Shown in pieces: positions 12,035-23,177 of a stretch of 64,000 nt of DNA. Location of the stretch: positions 15,934,001-15,998,000 of the forward strand of contig OY740814.1 in NCBI GenBank assembly GCA_963514005.1, read 5' to 3'. The notes under the pieces are model-generated. The model saw only the letters and a program-made list of their open reading frames with translations. It made no database searches and had not been told where the DNA came from. The DNA is from Raja brachyura (lineage: Eukaryota). How positions within the stretch are numbered: the stretch's first letter is position 1; each line of letters starts with the position of its first letter. The translations under genes were made by a program, and so were the position numbers.

Positions 12035-13089
12035 CTGCCAAACATAAATGTCGCAGGCAGAGAAAATACATCAGCTAGAGGAGCAGAAACACATCAAACC
12101 CCTAATGCTTACACCATCTGTGGTTACACCAGACAGCCATTCGTACCAGGAAACTAGCGATAGCTGAGCACAGACTTATTGCAGCAGTTGGGCTATGTCA
12201 GCGATGGACACGAGGTTTCACAATATTTCAAGCAGTCTCATCGGTTAGCACCTCATTCGGGCATGATTAGCTGAATGGGAGCAATTTCTATACTCAATTA
12301 CTACTATCAAAATCGAGTTTTAATATAAGAAAGAACAATTACTGAGACTGGAGAGAGAAGAAACTACTGCTGCTGGAACTAACTAAAGTAGAAGTAGGAC
12401 TTTTGAGTTTAATACATTGTGGGAGCTCGTTCATTGGCAAGGGTGTCAATATTTTAATGTTCTTAACCCAAGAATAGCCTGCATTCTGCATCAGCCAGTT
12501 TATGATGTTTATTTGTAATACATTTAAATGAAAGATAATGGCACAGAAGTTGCTTGCATGCAAAAATATACTATAAGGTTGCTCTGCACTGTTGTACACT
12601 GATTCAATTTATCACAATTGCAAAACGATAAAACAGCTGGCATCCTAAGCATTCTCTCTATGTACTTTTTTAAAAATCTTATAAGATGCGCTCACAACAT
12701 CTTGCCCTTAAACAGTAATAAAACCTCACAAGAAGCCTAGAGTGGAGAAAAATAGCCAGGTGCAGAGCTGCTGGGGAGAAAGGGCTGTGAACAGTGACCT
12801 AAATGGGGTCAGATAGGACCAATAGTGTACAAGAAATAACCAGAGAAATTATTTTGGTGCCACTGCAGACTGCACGTTAGAATCTAGAGCATAAAACAAA
12901 CTGCTGGTGGAACACATGGTGTCGAGCAGTATCCACAGAGGGAAATGAACAATTGATTTTTAGGTTGAGACCCTTCCTCGCTGAAAGTAGACTAGCTTAG
13001 ATTAGCATATGATGAGCATGAGATGTTGGTCCATGGAGCCTTTTAACTGCAGTATGACTATGATTCTATTATCTGGTTTGTGATGGTTT

Positions 13090-13660
13090 TATTGAAAGGA
13101 AGCATATGGTATACTTGCCATAGTCAGGCCAGGCATTGATTAGAAGAGTCAGGATGCCACAATACAGCTTTAAAAAACTTTGGTTCAGCTGCATTTGGAG
13201 TATTATGTGCAGTTTTGGTCACCTCATTAAGGAAGGATGTGGAGGGTGCAGACGAGGTTTACCAGAATACTGATCAGAAGGTACTAGCTATAGGAGAGGT
13301 TTGATTAACTTGGATTGCTTCCTCTGGAGTCTTGGAGGTTGAGAAGAGACCTCACAGAAATATATAACATTGTGTGAGGCGTACAGTCAGAAGCTTTTTC
13401 CCCCAAAGGTGGAAGCTTCAAAGACTAAAGGGCATACCTTTGTCACAGGGAGAACGATTACGGAGATAGCTGAATAGGATGTGAAGGGGGCTCGAACATG
13501 CTGCAAGGGAGGTAGTGGTAGCAGATGTGACAGTTGCAATTACGTGGCTTTTAAATGGATATGAACAGAATGAAGGGATATGGATTATGGGCAGGCAGAG
13601 CAGATTAGTTTAACTTGGCATCGTATTGCGGGCAATGGGGCCTGTTCATATGCTGCTCTA
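13090..13660 (+). mobile_element. CR1/HER1-type LINE 3' fragment
   Basis: KTLVQLHLEYYVQFWSPH and V.TRFTRI remnants, plus the conserved gggcctgtt 3' tail. Confidence 0.72.
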
Positions 13661-13900
13661 AGTTCTATTTGGGTGTATATATTGAACAATCATTATAAAA
13701 CAGTAATTAATTTAGCAAACTGCAATCGCTCAATTGTACAGCACAAGGTTACCATGGACAGGCAGAAGATGCTGGAGGTTCTGACTCTCTTGACACCTGT
13801 GGAATGTTAATGTTAAAGGTGGTTGATGCATTTTTGAGAGCCAGAGATGTCCAAGGGGGATGACAAGCATGTGGATTGATGGCACAGAACCACTCAGGTC

Positions 13901-13954
13901 GGGGTGGAAGATTGCAACCTTCACGTGGTCCGCCCTGTTTCAACTAATACAATC
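13901..13954 (+). ncRNA. Minimal HDV-like self-cleaving ribozyme (predicted)
   Basis: P1 GGGGTGG/CCGCCCT with G1-U wobble; P2 GATTGCA/TACAATC with one mismatch; P3 ACC/GGT; L3 TTCACGT; vestigial P4; J4/2 CTAA with candidate catalytic C13944. Confidence 0.75.
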
Positions 13955-14038
13955 AACTCGACGTGCACAAACGGAAGATCAAATAGAACAAGTTGTCCGA
14001 CAACTTTAGGCTGTGCACGCCACACGAAAGAAGAAGAT
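13901..14038 (+). mobile_element. 138-bp non-autonomous non-LTR retroposon with ribozyme head and GAA tail (Ingi/Vingi-like SIDER-type SINE)
   Basis: Exact 10-bp TSD CACTCAGGTC at 13891-13900 and 14039-14048. Tail CGAAAGAAGAAGAT, structured 3' half, no tRNA A/B boxes. The clade assignment is inference. Confidence 0.8.
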
Positions 14039-14361
14039 CACTCAGGTCAAGGACAGGCGGTGAGTGCTGGAGGTCACGAGAGCCCGCGTGATTGCCAGAG
14101 GAAGACGGGCCGAATGAGTGACTGACACACCACCGAGAATAAAGAGGGAGCTGGAGTTGGCGGCCATCAAGAAAAAAAGGGGGGCCATTGGGGTCTAAAT
14201 GGAAGACTCTGTAACTTTGTCGGGGCCCTATATGTGGCGACTCTTTGCATACTTGTGTCTGCAAAACAAAGAATCTCACTGTGCCAGGTCACATGTGATA
14301 ATCAAGTCCCATTCATTCATCATTGATAGAGGCCAGGCCATGAGCTCATTGGGTGGGAGAG

Positions 14362-14421
14362 GTCACGTGACAAGTGAACTACAACTCCCAGAATGCCTGC
14401 CGAGCGCGGTGCCCACGTGAC
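14362..14421. promoter_or_regulatory. CLEAR/E-box palindrome, ZNF143-type motif and second E-box at start of SPG11 intron 1
   Basis: GTCACGTGAC at 14362-14371, ACTACAACTCCCAGAATGC at 14378-14396, CCCACGTGAC at 14412-14421. Confidence 0.65.
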
Positions 14422-14454
14422 GCCCCGGGCCCAGCGCTGCCCCCACCGACTCAC

Positions 14455-14681
14455 TCGGTAAAGTCCCCGCCCGCAGCGGCCAGCGTCCTCTGGCAGAAGC
14501 GGCCGGCGTCCGTGCACAGGGCGGTGAAGCACAGGCCGCTGCTCTGCCCCTCGCCCGGCCGCCACAGTCCGCACAGGGCCCGGCAACAGCCCACAGCTCT
14601 GGGCCGCGACAGGCCCTTGGCGTCCCTCCACTCGGGCGAGGCGTCCAGCAGCACCTCCTGGACCTTGGCACCCGTCTCCAT
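14455..14681 (-). CDS. SPG11: Spatacsin coding exon 1
   Basis: ATG in strong Kozak context (gcggcgccATGG) inside a CpG island. Encodes METGAKVQEVLLDASPEWRDAK...GGDFT. Donor GA|GTGAGT in phase 2 splices in frame to exon 2. Confidence 0.85.
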
Positions 14682-15713
14682 GGCGCCGCTCGGGGCCCGA
14701 CTGTTTACTGGAGGCCGGAGGCCCGGGACCAACTGCCGCCACAACCTAACCTGATGCCGGTGTGGCTGACTGACAGCCGCGTTAACCTATCACCTGCGTG
14801 GAGCTAGAGGTGCGCTCCATCACTCGGCCAATCAGTGAGCAAGGGGCGGGATGACAACATCAAGCTTGCTTCAGTCGACAGGAAAGTCAGGCAGAAGCAA
14901 TCGATATCACACAATGAGAATCATGGATATCCCAACAGAAGGCGTTCTGTCCATCGCCTCCATGCGCGTTTCATGAATGAGTTACCTAATCTTTCCTCAA
15001 AGACCTGCAAACGTTGTACCTTCAAATATTTGTCCAATGCATGATTCATTAACCGTGCAATGGTTAAAATTCTTGCCTGCACTGATACAAGATGGGAGTG
15101 AAAAAATAAAGCCTTACTAGTCTTTATGTGAATCATAAACAACTCATGTGAATCATTGGGACAACTCCCCTCCCCCCAGTTTACGTTGTATCTCATAATC
15201 CTGCACTCACCACTTAGTTTAGAGATACAGCTTGGATACAAGTCCTTCGGCCCACCATATCCATGCCAACCATTGATCTCCGTTCACACCAGTTCCATAT
15301 TATGTTACATTTGCATCTGCAGCCTCCACACTCGGGGCAATTTCACAGTTTCAAACTAACCTACAAACCCACAAGTCTTTGGGATCTGGGAGGAAATCAG
15401 AGCACCCAGAGGAAACGTATGGAACATCAATGGCGCTGTTGCCAATGTCATATCTCCCACCATGTTTTGTCCGCTCATCACTACTGTGCCTGCTGGCGGT
15501 TCCCCACTCAGTAATTCCTCGGTATCACTGACTGACACCTTCTGCATCAATGGCAAAGGCCAGACTGATTCAGTATAATTTATAATGGGCAGGAATGAGC
15601 TGCCTTAAAGGAAGTTCGGCTCAACACAATCCATAATCGGGAATCTCAACATCTCAGAATTTGTGTGGATTCGGACAATGAACCGCTTCCTTCAGTTACC
15701 AGCTGTTTTTTCA

Positions 15714-16280
15714 GTCATACAACAAGGAAAAAGGCCCTTCGGCTCAACTTGCCCTTGCCAACCAAGAGGTCTCATCTACGCCAATCCCATCTGGCCCATA
15801 TTCCTCCAAACCTTTCTAATCCATGTACCAGTCCAAAGGTCTTCCAAATGTTGTTTTAATTTCTGCCTCAACTACCTCCTCTTGACAACTCATTGGATAT
15901 ACCCACCCTCTATGTGAAAAAAGGTACTGCTCAGGATCCTCTTAAATTCCACCCCCCCCCCCCCTCCCCTCCTACCTTACACCTGTGCTCTCTAGTTCTT
16001 GATTACCATACCCTAGGAAGAAGACAATGCGTACACACTTAGGATCCTGTATACCTTGATTAGATCACCCTGCCTCCTGTGTCCTACCGTGCCCAGCCTC
16101 TTCCTGTAGCTCAGTGCTGTATGACCATTAGGTGGGACTAGTATAAATGTGGCATGTTGGTCAGTATGGGCAAGTTGGGCCAAAGAGCCTGTTTCCGTGC
16201 TGGATAACTGTGACACAGGCCTGCAAGTCCTGGCAAAATCCGCACAAATCTTCTCTGCGCTCTTTCCAACTTAATGACAT
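15714..16280 (-). mobile_element. CR1-type LINE 3' fragment(s) between SPG11 and CIAO2A
   Basis: NVIKLERAQRRFVRILPGLAGL and RRQGDLIKVYRIL remnants. Confidence 0.7.
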
Positions 16281-16904
16281 TGAAATATATGCTTTTTTTC
16301 CCCTGCCGACATGGACAAGATGAAAAATCTATGCAATGATACTGCTCTCGAGGCGTACTGAGTTGCACTATTGTTCCCAATATTCAAAGATATTCCCATC
16401 TTACATTCAAACAGTTACCCTTGATTCCTGGCAAGAGGAAACATTCTCTCCCTGTCCATATACAGAACCCTCAGGATCGCGTGTGTTTAAAAAAAGACAC
16501 AAAGTGCTGGAGTAACTCAGCGGGTCAGGCATCGTCTCTGGAGACCATGGATAGGTGATGTTTTGGGTTGGGACCCTTCAGACTGATATTGGTGGTGGGG
16601 GCAAGAAAGCTGTAAGAGAGGAGTGGTATTCCAGTGCAAATACCAAATCTAGAGACAGAAAATACAAAATGCTGGAGTAACTCAGCAAGTCAGGCAGCAG
16701 AGCTGGAGAAAATGAATAGATGGCAGTTTGGGTCGAGACCCTTCTTCAGACTATCCTTCCTATTCAAATCTAGAGAAATTTGGAAACAAAAAAATCAATG
16801 CATCAACTGTCCCACTAGTCACTTCTTTACAGACCCTAGGATGGAAAATTGTCATCACAACACCTCCAGTTGCGTCTGTACTCGATGTGTCAGGGCTGGC
16901 AGAC

Positions 16905-16912
16905 CCGGAAGT
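16905..16912 (+). promoter_or_regulatory. ETS/GABP site near the CIAO2A start
   Basis: CCGGAAGT about 50 nt upstream of the CIAO2A ATG, typical of TATA-less housekeeping promoters. Confidence 0.5.
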
Positions 16913-16958
16913 TTAGCTTGTAGCAGTCTTGCAGCTGCTGCAGCGTAATGGCTGAAGG

Positions 16959-17082
16959 ATGGAAATAGTCTCTGGGCTTGCGTCCTATGCCCTGGCAAAG
17001 TTCCTCTTTCTTTCGCGGCTATCAATTAAAGAAGATGCGGAGAAAATCAGAAAAATGGAAGAGAAAACGCTAGAAGTCTATG
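16959..17082 (+). CDS. CIAO2A: Cytosolic Fe-S assembly component 2A (FAM96A), exon 1
   Basis: MEIVSGLASYALAKFLFLSRLSIKEDAEKIRKMEEKTLEVY resembles human MQRVSGLLSWTLSRVLWLSGLS...MEEKALEVY. Donor G|GTAAGG. Confidence 0.93.
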
Positions 17083-18457
17083 GTAAGGATTTATGCCCCC
17101 AGCATAAATTGGTCGTAGTTCTGGGGACAGTCAAATTGTTGACGAAAACTTCAGCTCATCATAGAGCAGCTTTACAACTTTTACAAGAACGATACTTGTT
17201 CATTGTCAGTCACTCGAATGCAGAAGTTGGTCAAAGAGGTCGACTTGGAACATTTATAGACACTGCATTTGGGAACTGGCACAATCGATCATGTTTGAAA
17301 CGACAGAATAATAACACTTTTAAATATATTTTCGAAAGTATAATGAATGGTACCTCACCTTTGATGATGCCTTTGTACTTGGCAAATATGTATATTCCTA
17401 TCAACCATTTTATTTATTTGTTTTGTGGATCTGGACATCACTGACAAGATCAGAGTTTATTGCTCATCCCTGATTGCACTTGTGGGGGTGATTTAGCTTC
17501 TAGAACCACTGCAATCCTTCAGGTGTTGACATGAGGGTTCCCAGATTTCGACACAACAACATTGAAGGACTGGCGATGTGTTTCCAAGTTATGATTGCAT
17601 GCAACTTGGAGGGAACGTGCAGAGTTGACGTTCCCATGCACCTGACGACCTTGTCCTTCTCAATGGTAGAGGGTATGGATTGCAGTGGAGTCATGGCTCC
17701 CCAAGTCATGTGATCCAACTGACACCACATTGTTTCAAAGAGCTGCACGTTAATGACCTCAGTCAATTTAACGAGTCGTATCCAGCTATCATTTCGCAAA
17801 TGCCAGCAGTGTTATTGCACAACAGGTAGTTGTTTAGCTGCAAGGCACACTGATGGCTCGACATTGATCTCTCAGCAGGGAGAACAAACATTTGTGTTTA
17901 TTCACCCACCAGGATGCACCACTATCACCACACTCTGGTAGACGGTCCTGTCAGCTACTTGACCATTAACAAAGATTGCACAGATGCATATCCAAAGCTG
18001 ACAGTCCTCCCAATGAGACATGCTGAAGATTGCACGACTCACTCCAAGAAGTAGTCTTGTGTTGATTAACTGAATGGAACTGAAATGACTTTGTTCCAGA
18101 AATCCACAATATGCAGGTGACAATTTGGTTTGATGCAGACTTTGTGCTGAAATTGCCCCAAAGTTTATTAATCATTTATCCTATTCAAGTAAACAATGAA
18201 TGAACACAGTGTATAGGTGACAAATAAAGGTTTGATACAACTATCTCTGCTGTTACTGAGCATACCAAGAACAGCAGCAATTCTGGAGAAAAGAGACAAG
18301 TGACGTTTCTGATCCTAAAGAAGTTCTTGACCAGAAATGTCACCCTTCCATTTTCTCCTCAGAGATGCTGCTTGGCCCACTGAGTTCAACCAGCATCTGC
18401 AGTTCATCTGTATTATAAAAGTAATCCATTGTGCTTGGTGACTCTCTTCTTTGTCAG

Positions 18458-18622
18458 ACATTATTCGTACGATTCGTGATCCAGAAAAGCCGAACACCCT
18501 GGAAGAACTGGAGGTGGTTACTGAAGAATGTGTAGAAGTGAAGTTGCTAGCTGATGATGAATATCTCATCATTATTCGATTCACACCAACAGTTCCTCAC
18601 TGCTCTCTAGCTACTCTGATCG
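18458..18622 (+). CDS. CIAO2A: CIAO2A exon 2 (165 nt)
   Basis: Acceptor ctttgtcag, donor G|GTGAGT. Encodes [55 protein letters not shown], the DUF59/MIP18 core with the TPTVPHCS motif. Confidence 0.98.
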
Positions 18623-19380
18623 GTGAGTGAACAAAGATATTGTATTTCGGTGAAATGAATGGTCCCGACCAAAAGCATTGTCTGTCCAATTCCTATCACG
18701 GATGCCGCCTAACCTATCAAGTGCAGTTTGTTTAACTGTACTTCAGTGGCAACTTTCACAGACTCAAATCTCACAAAAAAAAATTGTAAAGCACTTGAAG
18801 GTCAGGCAGCATTTATAGATAGAGAAGCAGTTAATGTCAATCACTTTGCATCGATTCTACATAATGCTGCATAACCTACTGACAGTTTCCAGCATTTTCT
18901 GGTTTATTTCAGATCTGCAGTTTTAAAATGTTTCAATTGAGAGAACATGTTCCTCTTTGAATTAGTACCATGAAATAGTTTTCACCCAAAAAGGGACAGG
19001 GCCAATGCAAACAATTCCCTTGAACGATGGCATCTCCAGCAACAGAGCATTCTCAAGGTACTGTCATAGCAGCATGGAAACAAGCCCTTCTGCCCAACTG
19101 GTCCATGCCAACCAAGATGCCTCGTCCATGCTGGTCACATTTAACAGTGGATGGCCCAAATGCCTCACAAGCTTTTCTATTCTTTCCCATGTCCTGAAGA
19201 GTCAGCTAACAGTTCATGTTTGTCTCTTGAATAGGACTGGAATCCACAACCAACAAACTTGGGAGCAGGTGTTATTCACTGTGCTTTGGGAGTGAGAAGG
19301 GTTGCAATAAACTTATCTTGGGTATTTCCTTAGTTGTCCTTGGTTAGCATATCACTAGCCTGTCAACAGGTTGCTTGTCC

Positions 19381-19705
19381 ATAGAACATAGAACAGTATA
19401 GCACAGGAACAGGCCCCTTGGTCCATAATGTCTGTGCCAAACTTGACGCCAAGATAAATTAAATCTCTTCTGCTTACATATACGATCCATATATACCTCC
19501 ATTCCCTGCATAACCATGTGCATATCTAAAAGCCTCTTAAACATCACTATTGTATCTGCCTCCACCACCACTCCTAGTTGAACACTCCAGGCTCCCATCA
19601 CTCTCCGTGGAAACAAAACTTTGCTCCCTTCACCTTAACATTATGCCCCCTGGTCTTTGATATTGTCACCATGGGGAAAATGGTTATGACCATCCACCCT
19701 ACCAA
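19381..19705 (-). mobile_element. CR1-type LINE 3' fragment
   Basis: RVMGAWS..LGVVVEADTIVMFKRLLD.HM remnant and conserved tail. Confidence 0.72.
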
Positions 19706-20507
19706 TGTCCATCTGGTCTCAGAAGAAATGAATGTGTGGGGAGACTAGGATAATGGGGAGAGAGTACAGAGTCTCTTGCTCATTGGCAAAGCTTTTCTAA
19801 AACAGAACTTCTACCAGATCTATCTGCTGTCCTTGTCCATTTTATACTAATATAGCAGATCAAGGTCCTGGCGGGAGGGGTCATGTAATACCATCAATAA
19901 CCTTTTAATTCTGCCACCCCACTCTTATCAGTACTCAATGTTGTTTCCATGCTTCTGCTTTTGGGATGTTTCCTGATAGCAAGGGTTCACGAGTCATTTA
20001 TCTACTTTGACACACGGTGTCACCATTCTTTCACTCTCCAAAAAGAAAACTCTTAAGACTCAAAATGTACTGCATTCATTTTTTTTTTTTTAAGTTGTAG
20101 CATTCTCAGGAGACCAGAGTCAGAATGGTCTCATTCTTTACCATTTAAATCTGATATTACACCCAGATATAAAAAAACCAATGACTAGAAAGTTGCAAAC
20201 TTAATAACAAAAAATAGATTAATGCATGAAAATAAAAACGTTAGTGTATGGGGAACAAACGAGGAGTGATGGAATGGGACTAATTGGCTGACAGAAAACA
20301 TGAGCTGAATGGCCTTTTCCTGTACTATTTAATCCTATAATGCAAAGCGTATCAGCATTCATCTGATGAATATATTACTGCTCAAGCTGCATGAAGTCCA
20401 GGCGTCCAATTATAACCGATAAGAAAGGAGAATCTTATGCAGGCAAACTCGGTTTACAAATTTGTTTGATATAGAGCAGCTAAATCACACAATAATATGT
20501 TGACGAT

Positions 20508-20908
20508 AGACACAAAAAGCTGGAGTAACTCAGCGGGTCAGGCAGCATCTCTGGAGAAAAGGAATCGTGATATTTTTGGTACCATCTTCAGACAGTCAGG
20601 AAAGGAAAACAAGGGATAAAGGCAGTACTTAGAACAAATGTATGAAAGATATGCAAAAAGCAATGATGATCAAGTAAAGGTGGAGCCCACAATGGTCCAT
20701 TGTTGGCTGTGGTGTAGGTGACAACGAGTTATACAGATGGTGAAACTCAACAGGACGACAGTGAAACTAGTACAACGGAGGAGGGACGGAGAGAGTGGAT
20801 GCAAGGATTACTTGAAATTAGAGAAATCAATATACATATGGCTGGGTCATTAGCTGCCAAAGCAAAATATGAGGTTCTGTTCCTCCAATTTGCTTTTGGC
20901 CTCACTCA
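20508..20908 (-). mobile_element. Penelope-like element 3' fragment (GIY-YIG endonuclease end plus pLTR)
   Basis: Minus strand reads SEAKSKLEEQNLIFCFGS...YIDFSNFK*, followed by the terminal repeat gatgctgcctgacccgctgagttactccagctttttgtgtc. Confidence 0.75.
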
Positions 20909-21804
20909 AGGATTGTTACTAGCATCATAATGATGGCATTCAACTCTAACCTCAGTTCTTCATATAGATAACATTGATGTCAACATAGGAGAGGCGATGA
21001 TTCTGTTTGGGCGAGGTTGCTAAAGATGTTCATGAATCTCTCGGCTTCTCCTGTGGGTCAAAGTTTCAGGCTCACAGGAGAGAGATTGGCAGGAAATTAA
21101 ATGGTGAAGAATTAGAGAACATACCCCATGTTATGTAAAACAAAAGTTGGTAAACAAGATCTCTTAATGGAAAAGTGATATCTTCCAGTACTGGCTGCTT
21201 GGATAGTTCTGGGCAAGTAGACATCCAGTGGTGAACTGTGTGTCTAAGGTACTACTCTGCTCTCATGTCAGTGGGACCAATTTTCCATTTCTCCTCCATT
21301 TTCCTTCGTTCCCACGCACTTCAAGAATCCAGTTGTTGTCAGGGCGACTTGCTGACCCTTACTGAAATCCTAACAAAACAGATTAAAAAGGCTGCTGTTT
21401 TAATTCTTTGTGGCATTAACGCCACAGCATTGTAGCTCAGCTCTGAGCAGGTGACGGTAGCCTTCCCAGCCTCTCGTTTCTGTTTGTAAGATTCTGACCT
21501 TCCTCGATCAGAGTTAACCTCATTTTATTCTGTGCTCAGAGCTGTCACTCTTCGATGAACAAAATGGGGCTCCAGTTCCTGCAGATTCTGCTTCCTGTTT
21601 CATCGTTTTAGCAGGTTATGACCCACGCTAAACTATTTCAAGTAATTGTCTCAGGTTAAAAGGTTGGAGGTCAAAGGGCATTGAATTAAGTTTCTTGTCA
21701 GGAGTTGAAAGCATTTTCGCACAGTTGACCATCAAAGCTTTTCTTCCTCTGAATAATCCATTGATGAAACCAATTAGTTGTTGCCACGGCATGGGAACCA
21801 AGAA

Positions 21805-22120
21805 ACAAAGAAAAGCTTGGACGTGTATTGTGCCTTTTATGGTGATGGGGCACCCACAGCTCTTTATTGACAAAGTACTTTTTGAAGTCACTGCTATGAT
21901 TTAGGAAGTCCACCAACCAATCTGTGCAAGCAGGATCCTACAAACAATAAGATGCTAATAACTAACGGGATTAATAGTGGGGTAAATATTTACCAGGAAA
22001 CCGTGGGGAACTGCCTTGATTCTTCACAAAAGAATGCAGTGCAGTCTTTTATACCCACCTGCAAGAATAACCACGGCCAGTGTTTAACAACTCATCCAAA
22101 ATAAGGTACTTCCAACACTA
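21805..22120 (-). mobile_element. Ancient Deu-domain SINE (SacSINE1-like)
   Basis: Minus strand matches the recalled Deu-SINE core (ggatgag.tgttaaac...caggtgggtataaaaga...gtttgtaggatcctgcttgcacagattgg...gtgacttcaaaaagtactt). Fragments also near 18940-19060, 55030-55170, 56440-56545 and 61975-62200. Confidence 0.65.
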
Positions 22121-23127
22121 CTTACATACGGCTATGCAAGTCATTTCTCAAATTAATGGATGCACTCGACATGGATGTGCTCAGGTGAACTGAAACCATT
22201 AAAGGATTAGTTTGGACAAGATATGCTTTTTATCCTGGTCACTGATCCCTAGTTTTATTGATGCAATAAAAAAGGCATTTGAACAGAGATTGCTTGCTCT
22301 CCAAATACTGTCATCGTTGTAATAGTCTTTCTTGGGATAGTATTGGGAAGAGTCTGGGTGCAACAGGTGCAAGGCAAGGTTGCCATCTTCCTCCCCTTGC
22401 AGCACTCCCGTGGCCCTGCGCTGTATTTATCACCATGAAGCCTGCTGTTGTGCTTTAAAGATGGAAGAAGTTGAGGAAAGATTGTTTTGGCAGGGCACCA
22501 GGCTGCACTCCCATCTCCAGGGTTTAGCGTGGATCCACTGAACACGCTGCTGAAATTCTTCCAAGTTACCAGTATGCAAGGGACCAAAGTAAACTTGGCC
22601 AACCTTTGTATGCCCAGGTCGCACAAGTGTGCCTAAAACACCAATCTTGCGTAAATGCAGGAAATGGAAGTTATAGGATTGTATTCACAAGTGTGTTCTT
22701 TGTCCTGGATTTGTAGACATTTTGAGGACCTGCATTCTTGTGCTGGTAAATGGCAAAGCGGATTAGACCTGCAGTTTTTACAGTCACTTCTCATGCATCA
22801 TTCCTCTTAAGAGCACAGCACCTCAGAACAAGCTCCCATATTGAACCAGTGTTTCACCTACCTTAGACAGTTGTGCTTGATATTAACTTTGGGCAGCATT
22901 CTCCAACCAATCCCATTGGAAGTGCAAGTGAGAATGGGATCATCTCTGCCATCGTAGAGCTTGCCAGGTCTGAAGGAATTTGGTATCATGGGGACTGAAC
23001 TTCAGTAAACTGTCAAAGTCTTTAAAAGATGAAAGACAAATGGCGACAAAGGAAAGAATAAACTTTCGTGAATTATATTGCTTGATTTTGCACAATGTTT
23101 ATACAATTATTTTATTTATGCATGAAG

Positions 23128-23177
23128 GTCTCTGTCTACGAGTCAAGTTGCAACGATGTTTACCTTTCAAACACAAG
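23128..23177 (+). CDS. CIAO2A: CIAO2A exon 3 (50 nt)
   Basis: GLCLRVKLQRCLPFKHK, identical to the recalled human sequence. Donor AAG|GTAAGG. Confidence 0.97.

Larger units (their letters stand above)
14340..14900. promoter_or_regulatory. CpG-island promoter of SPG11 with CCAAT and GC boxes
   Basis: GC- and CpG-rich tract spanning exon 1, with CCAAT at 14828-14832 and GGGGCGGG at 14843-14850. Confidence 0.75.

Noticed and set aside
14320-14754. Several overlapping 97-140 aa ORFs on both strands
   Set aside because: By-products of the GC-rich CpG island. Only the frame starting at 14681 splices into SPG11.
16959-17444. 161-aa ORF as a single-exon gene
   Set aside because: Only the first 41 codons are CIAO2A; the rest is read-through past the GTAAGG donor.
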